A stretch of 56,054 nt of DNA, taken from assembly GCF_004010195.1 (NCBI RefSeq), contig NC_057718.1, positions 54,980,934-55,036,987 on the forward strand, written 5' to 3'. Of the stretch, positions 1-13,445 are shown one piece after another; position 1 is the first letter of the stretch; each line of letters opens with the position of its first letter. The position numbers and the translations under genes are program-made. Below the pieces are notes generated by a model, which was given only the letters and a program-made list of their open reading frames with translations, made no database searches and was not told the DNA's origin. The DNA is from Chiloscyllium plagiosum (taxonomy: Eukaryota).

Positions 1-428
1 TGAACAGGCTGGGGCTGTTTTCCCTGGGGCGTCGGAGGCTGAATGGTGATCTTATGGAGGTTTACAAAATTATGAGGATCATGGATAGGATAAACAGACA
101 AAGTCTTTTCCCTGGGTTTGGGGAGTCCAGAACTAGAGGGCATAGGTATACGGTGAGAGGGGAAAGATATGAGAGACCTACGAGGTAACTTTTTCATGCA
201 GGGGGGTGGTACGTGTATGGAATGAGCTGCCAGAGGATGTGGTGGAGGCTGATACAATTGCAACATTTAAGAGGCATTTGGATGGGTATATGAATAGGAA
301 GGGTTTGGAGGGATATGGGCCGGGTGCTGGCAGGTGGGACGAGATTGGGTTGGGATATCCGATCGGCATGGATGGGTTGGACCGAAGAGTCTGTTTCCGT
401 GCTGTACATCTCTATGACTCTACGACTC
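1..428 (+). mobile_element. CR1/HER1-type LINE 3' fragment (runs off the window start)
   Basis: Encodes the CR1 ORF2 C-terminus (RVWNELPEDVVEADTIATFKRHLDGYM) followed by the 3' UTR ending in a CTCTATGA-type tandem tail. Confidence 0.9.
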
Positions 429-1233
429 CAATGCAAAGTATTTGCAGAGACCACAAAAGCAGCTTTTTGGCAGCTTTTTGTAGAGCAGAGGCTTTTCCTT
501 TATAGCCCAGATTTAGGAGTTTTGATATCATCAGTTGATGTTGTATGAAGCAGCATTGACTCCTTCCTGCTATTTCAAAATTGTATGTTTTAAGCACTGG
601 GGGAACTATGTAGCAAAGCCTGATCAGAGAGGGGAAATTATCATTGAGACAAGGTCAAACGAAGCAGATTAAAAAGACTGTCTATGATCCATCACAGAGG
701 TTCGGTGAAGAGTCATTTACCCATCTTCTTACAGGATAGAGATAGCTTGCAATTCTTTTGTACCTGTATTTGGCAACAATCAGTCTCTGTAGCAATTTAT
801 ATTACAATAGTTAGCATTCTTATCCCATCTGACTGACTTCTGAGAAGCTGCTAGAAGGATAAAACTAATTCCAGTCACACGATATCAGGGATCATCTTTG
901 TTGGGTCGCTTAACCTGTTTTATACACAGTGACTCAATACATATATCGACATACATTAGCATTGGCTTTTAGTCTACTTGTGATAGGAATTAAAGATTTT
1001 ACTTAGAACTTGGGAGAAATGATTGAGAAAGTAAATGTAATTTAAACAAGGTTGGAACTAATCACACTTAAAAGGTAGAGTGCATGTTGACTTAAAAATC
1101 TGATCTGGCAATTCAGGGAAAAAGGATTATAAAACTCCATTTATTCATAATTATTTATATGGCTTGTAAAATTAAAAGAAACATTGAAAGTAAAATAATT
1201 CATTCGCTTTTTTGGTTAAATTATCCCAAAGTA

Positions 1234-2057
1234 TGTCATGCTGCTGTAGTGATGTGGTTAGTCTTGGTTAGAAGGCTTGTTTGTTTGATTGGTCTGTTGT
1301 AAGTGTTTGTTGACAGAAGCAAGCAATTTAATTTGGGAACAGTCAGAGGCAGTTGTAGCTTTCCTTTCATGAAGACTGCATTGCACCATATCAAGAGGAC
1401 TGCCAGGAGGACATCCATTTCAAGCAATAAAAGTACAAACTACATCATGCACCATATGGAATATGAATGGAACATATTATATCTCATTTTGAATTTTGTG
1501 AGGAAAGAGTTGCTGAAAGATTAGTAGAAGAAGACCATAGTTGTCTTTGCAGAGCTTTGTGACCGAAAACAATCAGCAGAGTTAACTTTGAAAGCTGTGG
1601 AAGGCAATTGGATACTACTGGCATACTGAAAATGGAACTAAGGCTGCCATAGTCATGAGATCTGTTCAGAAAAGGTGAAGGATCATATAGCGATAAAGGG
1701 CCCACAAGGAATATGACTTTGGAGGAATAACTGGAATTTGAAGAAGAGTTGCATTGAGTTATTTTAAGGATTGTAGCATATCCTTTTGATTTGTCCCAGG
1801 AAAACAGGATGAACTTTTCAAAATACTTATGATAAGAGAACCCTTGGGAAAGGTAGAAGTAGAATACAGTGTAATTCTTTCTAAGCTATAGTGCTAAGTT
1901 AGTCATGCGTAATTTGTTTAAAATCTTTTTGTGTAGAAACAATAAATTTTGTTCTTATTTGAAAATGTGAAACCATGTGTTCTGGGTTCTGTTGGTTAGT
2001 TACTGAATGTTCAGAATTCTGCTTTAAACATTACACCTCCCAAACAGGATGGTAATA
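1234..2057 (+). mobile_element. Possible old solo-LTR-like repeat
   Basis: Starts TGTCATG and has AATAAA near its right end, similar in layout to 7752-8423. Ends are degraded and no clear TSD. Confidence 0.3.
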
Positions 2058-2149
2058 ATATTAAAAAAAATTCCTCTTGTCCATCACATTTCCTGTCTCC
2101 CTCTCACACACACACACACCTCATAGCAATTAATCTGTTAAACTAAATA

Positions 2150-2830
2150 CTGGGAAGACAGCAGCTATTATCTTTCATCCCTGTTCCAAATTCCATTCTC
2201 TAACTACTGACTCCATCCCTGTCCCTGCAACAATTTATACTTCAGGCTTTGCAATCTCAGTGTCATGTTCAATTTAAATATGCTTCCAGCCATGTATTTG
2301 CTTCCAGCCATCACTAAAAAACACTTAATTCCATTTCTATAATATTGCCCAACTTCACCCATGTCTCAATGTATCTGCTGCTGAAACTCCCAGTCATGCA
2401 TTCATTTATTTGGATTTGAGTATTTTAACACACTTGTGGCTAGGATTCCCCATTCTATCCTTAGTAAATGACTGTTCATCTGAAATTCAGCAGTCTGTGA
2501 CTTAATTTACACTCTCTTATCACTAAACCATGTTAGGCCCTAGTCAAGCAATGTCTTAATTTTAAAGTTCTCACCCCATATTCAAGTCCTTTCATATATC
2601 ATCCCTATCACTGTAACCTCTCCCAGCCCCACAACCAACTGAGATGTCATTGCCCTTCTAATTTTAATCTTTTGCCCCTGATTTTAACTGCTCCTCAATT
2701 AGTAGCCACATTTCCACTTGACTAGATTACATCTCAAGCTCTGGAAAATTTTTACTCCATCCCACTGCCTCAACAGCTCATGTTGCTCCTTTAAGACACT
2801 ATTTAAAACTGATTTTTCTGATGAAGTTTT
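2150..2830 (+). mobile_element. Old L2/CR1-clade LINE 3' fragment
   Basis: Degraded sequence resembling the L2 RT C-terminus (e.g. ATATTGCCCAACTTCACCC...GCTGCTGAAACT...CATGCATT), with many stops. Confidence 0.5.
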
Positions 2831-3360
2831 GTCATTCAAACTGTGACATATATTTGAAATTATAACCACAATGAAATCGTAAAGTGGTTTCACACGTTGA
2901 ATTCTTCAAATAATCCAGCTGAATGATGTATATTCATTATTTCACACATTATGGGTTACATGAGGGACATTGTAAACTTGTTTTCATACATTCGACATCT
3001 CAAGACTATTAATTTGTTTGCAAAATAAGATAGCTTACAACAATGAATAAACCTAAATGAACAGAGAGAGAACAATGGTTTCCAGGCATTGTCTGCCTTA
3101 ACGAGATTGTGTCAGATTCACAATGACAAATTGGTGTAACTGGAGAACTGACCCAATCTTGTGAAAGTGCCATCTGAACTTCGGTATTCTTCATTTAGTC
3201 ATTTGTTCATTTGCTAATCACAAAATCCTAACAAGCACCATATGTTAATTAGGGCTGGAAATGAATGTCATCATCTGTGTCATTTCAAGCATGTATTGAT
3301 CAGTTGGCACAGAAAATAGCCTTTTCCATCCTAACTCTCCAAAGCTCATCCACTATCTAC

Positions 3361-4429
3361 AAAGTTTACTCAGGTTGTAAGTTTGCTCACTGAGCTAGTT
3401 GGTTTATTTTCAGACATTTCGTCACCATACTAGGTAACATCAGTAGTGAGCCTCCGGTGAAGCACTGGTATTCTGTTCCGGTTTCTATTTATGTGTCTTG
3501 GTTTCTTAAGGTAGATGATATCATTTCTGATTCTTTTTTTAAGAGGTTGGTAAATAGGGTCCATTCTGGTTTGAATGCCAGGGCTTTAGGAATTCCCATG
3601 CGCTTCTCTGTTTGGCCTGTCCTAGGATAAACATGTTGTCCCAGTTGAAGTGGTATCCTTCTTCGTCTGTATGTAAGGATACCAGTGATAGTGGGTCATG
3701 TCTTTTGGTGGCTAGTTGGTGTTCCGTGTATCCTGGTGGCTAGTTTTCTGCTTGTCTGTCCAATGTAGTGTTTGTGACAGTCCTTGCGTGGTATTTTGTA
3801 AATGGCATTCGATGTTGGTATAGGGTTCTTTAGGTTCATCAGTTCTGTTTCAGTGTGTTGGTAGATTTGTGGGCTACCATGATGCCAAGGGGTCGCAGTA
3901 GTCTGGTAATCATCTCTGAGATGTTTTTGATGTATGGTCGTGTAGCTAGAGTTTCTGGGCATGTTGTGTCTACTTGTTTGAGTTTGTTGTTTAAGAATTG
4001 GCAGACTGTGTTTATCAGACAGCCGTTCTTCATGAATATGCTGTATAGGTGTTCTTCTGCTGCTTGTAGTTCCTGGGTGCTGCAGTGTGTTGCGGCCCAT
4101 TTAAATAATGTCCTGATGCAGCTCCATTTGTGGGTGTTAGAATGATTGCATCTATAGATAAGTATCTGGTCTGTGTGTGTTGCTTTCCTGTAGATGTTGG
4201 TCTGCAGTTCTCCATTAACTGTTCATTCCACTGTGACATTTAGGAAGGGGAGTCTGTTGTTGTTCTCCCCTTTTGTGAAATTTATGCCAGTAAGGATTTT
4301 GTTGATGATGTTGTAGGTGTCGTCTAATTTGTTCCATTTTTGAGATGACAAAGATGTCATCCACATAGCGGACCACTCCTCCAACTCCTCCCCTCCAGCT
4401 CCCCAACGATCCAACCCAAACTATGGGTC
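3361..4429 (-). mobile_element. Penelope-like retroelement (RT C-half + GIY-YIG endonuclease + 3' pLTR), 5'-truncated with a short 5' inversion
   Basis: Minus-strand frames give RYVDDIFVI and RLPFL (RT) and AIYKIP..C.KHYIGQTSRKLATRIH (GIY-YIG). Frameshifted. Degenerate hammerhead motif at about 3412-3448. Confidence 0.9.
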
Positions 4430-5349
4430 TGCTGCAGTCAAAAGCGCAGCAAGTAACAACCAAGATGGAGAATGGACTGTAGACTACACACAAAGAGACC
4501 TTGAAACTACTGAATAGTCGAAATGCACAGTTGAGTTCAATGTGGAGTGATGTAGTCTTGATAGCAGAAAAGCCCAGCAATTTAAAAGCAAAATTTGAGC
4601 CTGGTTCCAGTGTTCATGTATAAAACAATAGCAGGGAATGGTCAGGAGATCCAAGTAACTTTACAACTTTATAGCTATCATGAAAATGTAGACTCTATTA
4701 GAACAGTGTGACTTGAAAAGGTAGAAGAGAGATTTGAGATGAAAGGGCAAAAGATTGCAATGTGTGGCACAGGACACAGTTCTACAGCTAAGGACAAACT
4801 GTATACCTTTATTGGGATACAACCATAATTCCAGCTTGGAATTCCTCATTACAAGCTAGCCATAAGAATGACTACCTTAGAAATAAAGAGGGTCTTACAT
4901 ACATCAGACAGCAATGGTTCAAATAATCAAAACCTGCAAAGTGTACTTCTCAGCTTCAGCAATAGTCTAACTGCTAATATATAGATACATTATATTGAAA
5001 TTGATCTTACTCATTGCTGAAAGCAGAAATACTTAGGGAAGTTGAATTTACATAATGAAGAACAGATTTCTTATAACATAACAACATGTGCTTTAGGTCA
5101 AAGAATACAGTTGAACAAGTAATAGAAGAGAATGGGTTGATTAAAGAAAAAGAAACAAAAGAAAGTAAAATATCAGGACTGTACTTATATATTTTATAAA
5201 GAAGTTTAATCTGATTTTTTAAAAGTGGATACAGAATACTGCAAAGTGGACCCCGGAAGTCACATGACTGTCTTTGTTAATTCACAAAAGCCAAAGATAA
5301 AGCAGTTTAACAAATGAGATACCTCAGTTTCGAATGGAAAGACTGACAT

Positions 5350-5668
5350 TTAGAATTAGATTAGATTACTTTACAGTGTGGAAACAGGCCCTTCGGCCCA
5401 ACAAGTCCACACCGACCAGCTGAAGCGCAAACCACCCATACCCCTACATTTACCCCTTACCTAACACTACGGACAATTTAGCATGGCCAATTCACCTGAC
5501 CTGCACATCTTTGGACTGTGGGAGGAAACCGGAGCACCCGGAGGAAACCCACGCAGACATGGGGAGAATGTGCAAACTCCACACAGTCAGTTGCTTGAGG
5601 CGGGAATTGAACCCGGGTCTCTGGCGCTGTGAGGCAGCAGTGCTAACCACTGTGCCACCGTGCCGCCC
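5350..5668 (-). mobile_element. HE1-type tRNA-derived SINE
   Basis: Reverse complement starts GGGCGGCACGGTGGCACAGTGGTTAGCACTGCTGCC (A box), then CCCGGGTTCAATTCCC (B box), a conserved core, and a TCTAA-repeat tail. Confidence 0.92.
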
Positions 5669-6464
5669 ACAAATTAATCCTTGGAAAATACAATAGGTCC
5701 TTCTAAAAGTGTAAAGGCTCAAAGCTTCTAAGAAAACAGAAGATTGTAAGGACATTTCAGGGAATTGCAACAAAATTTACTTTGTTGTATGGAACAATCA
5801 CTCACCTAAGTCAAGATGATAACTATTTTGCTTTGTTTATGACAAGAATTCTGTGAGACACCAATTTGAAAGAACACCAAGTATTCTGTACTCAATAGGG
5901 AGGTAGAAAAAGACAAACAGCTAAGGATTGCAGTACTGAACTGGGAGACTAAGCACAAAATCTGCATCCCATTCAAGTGAAATAGAGAAACCTTCACTCC
6001 CTCCCACAGCCTGTTCTGCTCAGTCCACCATTGGGAGAAATCAAGTATGTACATTCATAATATAAAGTTGAGTTCTAAAGTGAAGGAATAAATTGATTCA
6101 TTTTTCAGTTTGTAAAAGTCAACCTGTTTCTTTTTAAAGTCAAAAATTCATTTTGAAAATAGTGTTCAAAACAGAATTTACAAGAAATATTATGGATTAT
6201 GGCTAATTGATTAGCATATCATCTAGAAAATAATTGCTAAGGTGTTAATGTGTTTATTGATTACAGAGAAAGAGAGAAAGGGCCAGAAGCAAGTTCATGA
6301 AGAGGGACAAGGCGTATAACAGCAGAAGTGTTGTTGTTAGAAGTCTCCAAGCAGTCAGAACCATGGAAAAGACTTGCATTGTTTAGAAGTCACGGAGAAG
6401 GCAGCTCCAGAAGCAGGGGTCTGGACATGTCAGATAATGCTGTTGAAGATATGAGTTACCTGCA

Positions 6465-6605
6465 TCCACCTATCACCATCCACCTACATTTCCCCCAGTC
6501 CCACCCCCCTCCCTCTATTTATTTCTGAGCTCCCTTCCCCCTCTCCAATCCTGACCTGAAACATTGGCTTTCCTGCTCCTCCGATGCTGTCTGACCTGCT
6601 GCGTT
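6465..6605 (+). mobile_element. Penelope-like pLTR fragment with the hammerhead core largely deleted
   Basis: CCTGA..CCTGAAACATTGGCTTTCCTGCTCCTCCGATGCTG matches the PLE 3' end seen at 17863-18024 and 52391-52486. Confidence 0.6.
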
Positions 6606-7240
6606 GAGACATAGACCATAGACGACAAGATGGAGGATAAGAAGTAGACAATTTTGCCCACCTAATTTGATCCATCATTCAATGATATCATGGCTGATCT
6701 GATAATCCTCAACTCTACTCTTCTGTTGTTTCCCCTAGAACCTTTGATTCCCTTACTGAGTAAAAATATGTCCAGCTCAAACTCCTATATATTTAGCGGT
6801 CCAGCTTCAATCCCCCACTTTGGTAAAGAATTCCATAGATTCACTATCCTCTGAGAAAAGGGAATTTCTTCTCATCTCTGTCTTATATGCGCAACGCCTC
6901 CTTCTGAGATTGTACATTCTGGTCCTAAACACTCCTACAAGACGAAACATTTATCAGCATCTATCTTGTCAAGTCCCCTAATTATCTTATATGTTTCAAT
7001 AAGATCACCTCTCATTATTCTAAACTCCAATGAGTACAGGCGCACCTACTCAATCTCTCCTCGAAAGAAATTTTTTCCATGCTCAGTCAACCTTCTCTAA
7101 ACTGCCTGCAATGCCAGTATATCTTTTTTTAAATAAGGTGACCAAAATTGTTCCCAGTATTCTCGATGTGATCTAATGTGTGCCTTATATAGCTTTAACA
7201 AGTTTTCATTATTTCAAGACTCCAGTACCCTTGAAATAAT
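6606..7240 (-). mobile_element. CR1-type LINE 3' fragment, degraded
   Basis: Reverse complement matches CR1 ORF2 end and 3' UTR (GGAGTTTAGAATAATGAGAGGTGATCTTATTGAAAC; GTGAATCTATGGAATTC). Confidence 0.8.
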
Positions 7241-7281
7241 AGATATTACCCATTGAGCTTGAATGCATTTCATTTGGCTAT

Positions 7282-7580
7282 GGGTGGCATGGTGGCTTAG
7301 TGGTTAGCACTGCTGCCTCACAGCACCAAGGTCCCAGGTTCGATTTCAGCCTCGGGTGACTGTCTGTGTGGAGTTTGCACATTCTCCTCATGTCTGCGTG
7401 GGTTTGCTCCGGTTTCCTCCCAAAGTCCAAAGAAGTGCAGGTCAGGTGAATTGGCCATGCTAACTTGCCCATAGTGCTAGGTGCATTAGTTAGAGGGAAA
7501 TGGGTCTGGGTGGGTTACTCTTCAGAGAGTCGGTGTGGACTGGTTGGGCCGAAGGGCCTGTTTCCACACTGTAGGGAATC
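7282..7580 (+). mobile_element. HE1-type SINE
   Basis: tRNA-like head GGTGGCTTAGTGGTTAGCACTGCTGCCTCACAGC...GGTTCGATT; tail GGGCCGAAGGGCCTGTTTCCACACTGT. Confidence 0.9.
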
Positions 7581-7751
7581 TCATCGAAAGGACCCACAAT
7601 CCCTCTGGGCTGCAGATTTCTTCTGCCTTTCTCAGATAATATTCAGCTCCTCTATTCTTCCTGCCAAACACTCTTTGTGTCATCCTCATTGTGTTCCTTC
7701 ACAACTATGTTTTTGTTGTCTGTAATTTTGCATAGTAGCACATATAGATAT

Positions 7752-8423
7752 TGTTATGGACCAGGCCCAAACCCTCAAAACATTTTAAAATAGGTAGCCC
7801 AGACTGTAACTTTGCTATTTGTTTTAGGTAAGTGTATCATGGGTATTCCCTGAGTGAATTAGCTGATCCGACTACCAAAGTTTAAACAAACAGAATTTAT
7901 TTACAAAATTACGGAATAAAACACAAATAATAGAAAATAGAATACTGGATAACTTATCCAATCCAAAAACCCGACAGACGATCCTGTTTTAATAATGCTG
8001 TTCCGAAAATACTCACAACAGTCCCAATAAACACATCTCTTAACACAAAGAGTGAAAATGAAACAAACCAGGGTTTACAGGCTTGAAGTTAGAGAGAGAG
8101 ATAGAGAGTACCAGGCTGGACCTGGCCCAGCAGCCTTTCTTCACACACACTGCTGCTGAACTGAATCAAAACTCTAATCTAAACGAAGGCCAGCTACACA
8201 GCCTTCGTTTGATTATACCTTTTTTAAAGACATGAATACTGTAGGCTGAAGACATTATCTGTTAGGGGTAAACAAAAAGGGCCCCAATAAGGGATTCTAT
8301 ACTATTCTATGAAGCCTATAAACCTTTCAAACCTAGCCTAGTTGGAACCTGGCCAATTACCCCCTCTCTGGAAAAAAAACTTCAAAAGCAAAGTAACCTT
8401 GTAAAAAGACCAACATTGTGACA
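7752..8423 (-). mobile_element. Probable solo LTR
   Basis: TG...CA termini (TGTTATG / TGTGACA) flanked by a 4-bp direct repeat ATAT (7748-7751, 8424-8427). Minus-strand AATAAA near its 3' end. Confidence 0.55.
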
Positions 8424-8625
8424 ATATAAAAAATATTTATAAAAAATAGTTATAAAGATAAAAACAAGATGTCTTGCAAATATTAACTGAGGAAAGTAGA
8501 ATCTAGTGAGTGTGCAGACATTTGCCAAAAGGAAACTGATAACAGCCATGTTAGCTAAACAAAAAGCTTTGGTGTAGTAATTGGGGTAACTTCACTGAGG
8601 TTTAAGTATGTCGTAACTTTATTGC

Positions 8626-8978
8626 ATCATAGAATAGAATCCCTATAGTGTGGAAAAAGGCCATTTGGCCCAACAAGTCCACACAAATCCTCCGAAGAGG
8701 AACCCACCCAGATCTATTCCCCTATTACTCTACATTTACCCCTCACTAATGCACCTAACCTACACATCCTTAAACACTTTGGGGCAATTTAGCATGGCCA
8801 ATTCACTTAATCTGCACACCTTTGAAAGGTAGGAGGAAACTGGAGCACCCGATATAACCCAAGCAGACACGGGGAGAATGTGCAAACTCCACACAGACAG
8901 TTGCCCGAGGCTGGAATCGAACCTGGGTCCTTGACACTGTGTAGCAGCAGTGATAACCACTGAGCCACCATGCCACTC
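8626..8978 (-). mobile_element. HE1-type SINE
   Basis: Reverse-complement tRNA-like head with A/B boxes, HE1 core and tail, as at 5350-5668. Confidence 0.88.
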
Positions 8979-9230
8979 TATTGCTGAATTAAAAAGGAGA
9001 AATCTTCATTTCTGATGATTGTAATAGTTCTTGAATAGTGTAATAATGGTTTGTACTTTTCTTTTGTGTAATAAACTTTTATATTTTTTATTAGAAGTAC
9101 ATTGACAGCCTCAGTGAATATGTTCAATGACTGGCCCCTTTGGTAAACAAAAGAAGAATAAAACTTGTGGTTTACCAAGCCAGGTTTCACTCTAGGAGCT
9201 AACTTACCAGTGTTACAATCAACTGGTAGC

Positions 9231-9455
9231 CATGATATACAAGTGCCGGTGTTGGACTGGGTTGGACAAGGTCAAAAATCACAAAACATCATGTTGCAGT
9301 CAAATAGGTTGATTTCCAAGCTTTCCGAGCCCCATCCTTTCTTCGGGTGTTAGTGTTTAAAAACACAAACATTTAGAACCCCGCTCTGAAAGCTGAATGG
9401 GTTTTCAAATAAACTTGTTGGATTATACCTGTTGGTGTTGTGTGATTTTTGATCA
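9231..9455. mobile_element. Degenerate palindromic Penelope-derived short element
   Basis: GTGCCGGTGTTGGACTGGG..AAAAATCAC arm and the inverse GGTGTTGTGTGATTTTT arm; same family as 13446-13666. Confidence 0.7.
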
Positions 9456-10670
9456 TCAACTGGGATCATAGCACCTCCAACTATTCAACTAAAAAGGCTA
9501 TCTCAGCTGCTGAATTCTGTGTTCAGGTTTTCAACCCCATCACTTTGGAAAATAAATCTTCAATGAAGTAACAGGCTTGCAATGGCAACAGATTGATCTT
9601 ACTTACATCTTTATAAGTATCTTTTATCTATATTTTAAATATTGCATTTGTATTTTATCTAATAACTCATTTTTTACATAATAATATCAGTAATAATTGC
9701 TTAAATAAACTAACCTTTGATGTTATTTAAGAGTAAAGATTTGCTACTGGTTATTTTTTAAAATTTGGACTCTTGGGAAAAAAAACTAAAACAGGGCCAA
9801 ACAAACATATAAGTTTGTAGTTTTTGGACCATTCTGCAGACATGCGTGGTGTGGTCATGACAAAGGCAACAAATACTCTATGACAGTTAGAGCATATTGT
9901 TAGTTTATCATGAGAAGTTTACATTAAATTTATGCTATACTGTCAACAGAATGAAAAATTTTGAATATTAAATATTTAAACATATTCAATACACCATTAC
10001 ATCTGGAGGAGGGTATTGATTTACTTCTGTGTGAGAGACTAATAGTTGTATAAAGTGGATGACCTTCTTATCTAATTATTTTGTGGAAAATAGGCAGAAT
10101 TTAAGATTTAACCAGAATCATTGAACTAAAGATGCATAATATGAGTTTTTATTATAGTCTTTAAGAGAATATATTAACTTCTATGCAAAATTTTACTTTT
10201 ATTTCTAATAAAACATTTCATTCAGATGTAATGCATTTGTTGTTTGAGCTTGTAATAGCATCATAAAATGTTCCAAAGCATTTTACAAAAGTATTATATA
10301 GACTTTGCTGCAAAGACACATAGGTGATATTAGGACAAAAGACCAAAAGATAAGTGAGCATCTAAAAGGAGTAAGGAGAAATGAAGAGAGAAGAGATCTA
10401 GGATTGGATTTCCATAGCCAGCAATAGTGAAACAATTAAATCAGGAATGCTCAAAAGCAAAGTGAAGAATTTCACACTCTCCCAGAACATGTTCTGCTCA
10501 ATCCACCCATAGGACAAACCTTCAATTCCAGAAATTGTGAGTAGCTGAATTCTAATTTCAAAGTTTCAACCCTTTCATTTAGTAATCTTGGGAGATCTAG
10601 AAGTAAATATGAAGGAATCTCAAAGAGATGAAAGAGGCAGTGAAAGGGAGAAATTATAAAGCAATGAATG

Positions 10671-12438
10671 CAAAAGTTGACCTACTCTTAGGAAATAAGG
10701 CAGGGCAGGTGACTAAGGTGTAAGTGAGGGAGCACTTTGGGGGCCAGCGACCATATTTCTATTAGATTTAAAATAGTGATGGAAAAGGATAGACCAGATC
10801 TAAAAGTTGAAGTTCTAAATTGGAGAAAGGCCAATTTTGGCGGTATAAGACAAGCATTTTCAAAAGCTGATTGGGGCAGATGTTCGCAGGTAAAGGGACA
10901 GCTGGAAAATGGGAAGATTTCAGAAATGAGATAATGAGAATCCAGAGAAAGTATACTCCTGTTAGGGTGAAAGGAAAGGCTGGTAGGTGTAGGGAATGCT
11001 GGATGACTAAAGAAATTGAGGGTTTGGTTAAGAAAAAGAAGGAAACATATGTCAGGTATAGACAGGATGGATTGAGTGAATCTTTAGAAGAGTACAAACG
11101 CAGTGGAAGTATACTTAAGAGGAAAATCAGGAGGGCAAAAGGGGGACATGAGATAGCTTTGGCAAATAGAATTAAGGAGAACCCAAAGGGTTTTTACAAA
11201 TACATTAAGGACAAAAGAGTAACTAGGGAGAGAATATGGCCTCTCAAAGATCAGCAAGGTGGCCTTTGTGTGGAGCTGCAGAAAATAGGGGAGACACTAA
11301 ACAAGTATTTTGCATCAGTATTTACTGTGGAAAAGGATATAGAAGATATAGAATGTAGGGAAATAAATAGTGACACCTAGCAAAATGTCCAGATTACAGA
11401 AGAGGAAGTGCTGGATGTCTTGAAATGGTTAAAGGTGGATGAATCCCCAGGACCTGACCAGGTATAGCCAAGAACTCTGTGGGAAGATAGAGAAGTAATT
11501 GCTGGGCCTCTTGCTGAGATATTTATATCATCGATAGTCACAGGTGAGGTGCCGGAAGACTGGAAGTTGGCTAACGTGGTGCCACTGTTTAAGAAGGGTG
11601 GTAAGGACAAGCCAAGGAACTATAGACCAGTGAGCCTGACGTTGATGGTGGGCAAGTTGTTGGAGGGAATCCTAAGGGACAGGATGTACATGTATTTGGA
11701 AAGTCAAGGACTTATTAGGGATAGTCAACATGGCTTTGTGGGTGGGAAATCATGTCTCACAAACTTGATTGAGTTTTTTGAAGAAGTAGCAAAGGGGACT
11801 GATGAGGGCAGAGTGGTAGATGTGATTATATGGACTTCAGTAAGGCGTTCGACAAGGTTCCCCATGAGAGACTGGTTAGCAAGGTTAGATGTCACACAAC
11901 ACAATGAGAACTAGCCATTTGGATACAGAACTGGCTCAAAGGTAGAAGATAGAGGGTGGTGGTGGAGGGTTGTTCTTCAGGCTGGAGGCCTGTGACCAGT
12001 GGAGTGCCACAAGGATTGGGCTGGGTCCTCTACTTTTTGTCATTTACATAAATGATTTGGATGCGAGCATAAGTGGTACAGTTAGTAAGTTTTCAGATGA
12101 CACCAAAATTGGAGGTGTAGTGGACAGCGAAGAAGGTTACCTCAGATTACAACAGGATCTTGACCAGATGGGCCAATGGGCTGAGATGTGGTAGATGGAG
12201 TTTAATTCAGGTATATGCGAGATGCTGCATTTTAGGAAAGCAAATCTTAGCAGGTAAGATCCTAGGGAGTGTTGCTGAACAAAAAAACCTTGGAATGCAG
12301 ATTCATAGCTCCTTGAAAGTGTAGTTGCAGGTAGATAGGATAATGAAGAAGACATTAGGTATGCTTTCTTTTATTGGTCAGAGTATTGAGTACAGGAATT
12401 GGGAGGTCATGTTGCGGCTGTACAGAACATTGGTTCGG
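10671..12438 (+). mobile_element. CR1/HER1-type LINE ORF2 fragment (endonuclease end + RT), pseudogenised
   Basis: GASDH, NWRKANF, PEDWKLANVVPLFKKG, NYRPVSLT, QHGF..GKSCLTNLIEFFE, LGPLLFVIYINDLD and KFSDDTK motifs across several frames, with stops and frameshifts. Confidence 0.93.
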
Positions 12439-13445
12439 TAAAAAAAATGAAAAAAAATGTTTCAGTTTGATTCCACTGTAAAAATATGTTCTACATAGCG
12501 ATGGAGTGGGGAAGTTTAATGGTTGCAAGATGTTTGCTCTAACCCCCTGGGTTATGAAGATATTAAAGTTTTCAGAGTGTGGATTAACTTTAACAACATG
12601 CAGCCTGTATCTGCATTGCTGACTTCTACTCTCAATGCAGGTTCTTGCTAGTTATGAAGACAGAATAGAATGTTAAAGGGTGGAAATTATTAACACATAT
12701 ATACATCAATTTTAGAAATGGATAATTTCAGGGAGCTGCAGCTTTAGCAGAGGTTTACATTCAAGTTATGTTACAGGTTTGAAAGCTCCCTAATAATGTT
12801 TGTCTTTTGATTATCATTTTGTGGTACAATGAAATATATGTTTATACAGGTTTTTTTTAGCACTGCTGCTCTAAAACACGTTAATATCAATAACAAATTA
12901 ACAAGCTTTGGCATTCAGAATTACTGTGTTCAGCCAAAGGCTTAGCTATGCTAAATTCCAGAGTTTAGTTCTTTTATTTCGTGATTATCACTCATTGTTT
13001 TGAGCATGCTTCACTTGCTGTAGTCATCATTCTATGCTGTATATATCAGCAAAGCAAACACATTTTGTTTATTTAATCAATGTTTTTTAAGCTCACAAAT
13101 AGTTTTTGAGTAACACAAATGAGTTAATTACAGGATCCAAAGATTAATTTATGAACAAATGTCTCATTTCAATATATCAATAGGCTACTACAACTTGATG
13201 CACACTATTTAAAAATAGCATTTTCAACAAATATTTAATGTCCATCAACACTTATGTGAATTGCAGAAACAAATGTGTTTTTCATTACATTTAAAATTTC
13301 TCAGTGAAGAAAACACCTTTGCTTTGCAACTTTTCCTTTCCTATCAGTTTAAAACATACACTCAGTTCAAAGGTCTTTTGTGATGAGTTTGCTTATTTCC
13401 TTTTCCTACTCATCAAATCCAATCATGCGAACACTGTGAACAATG

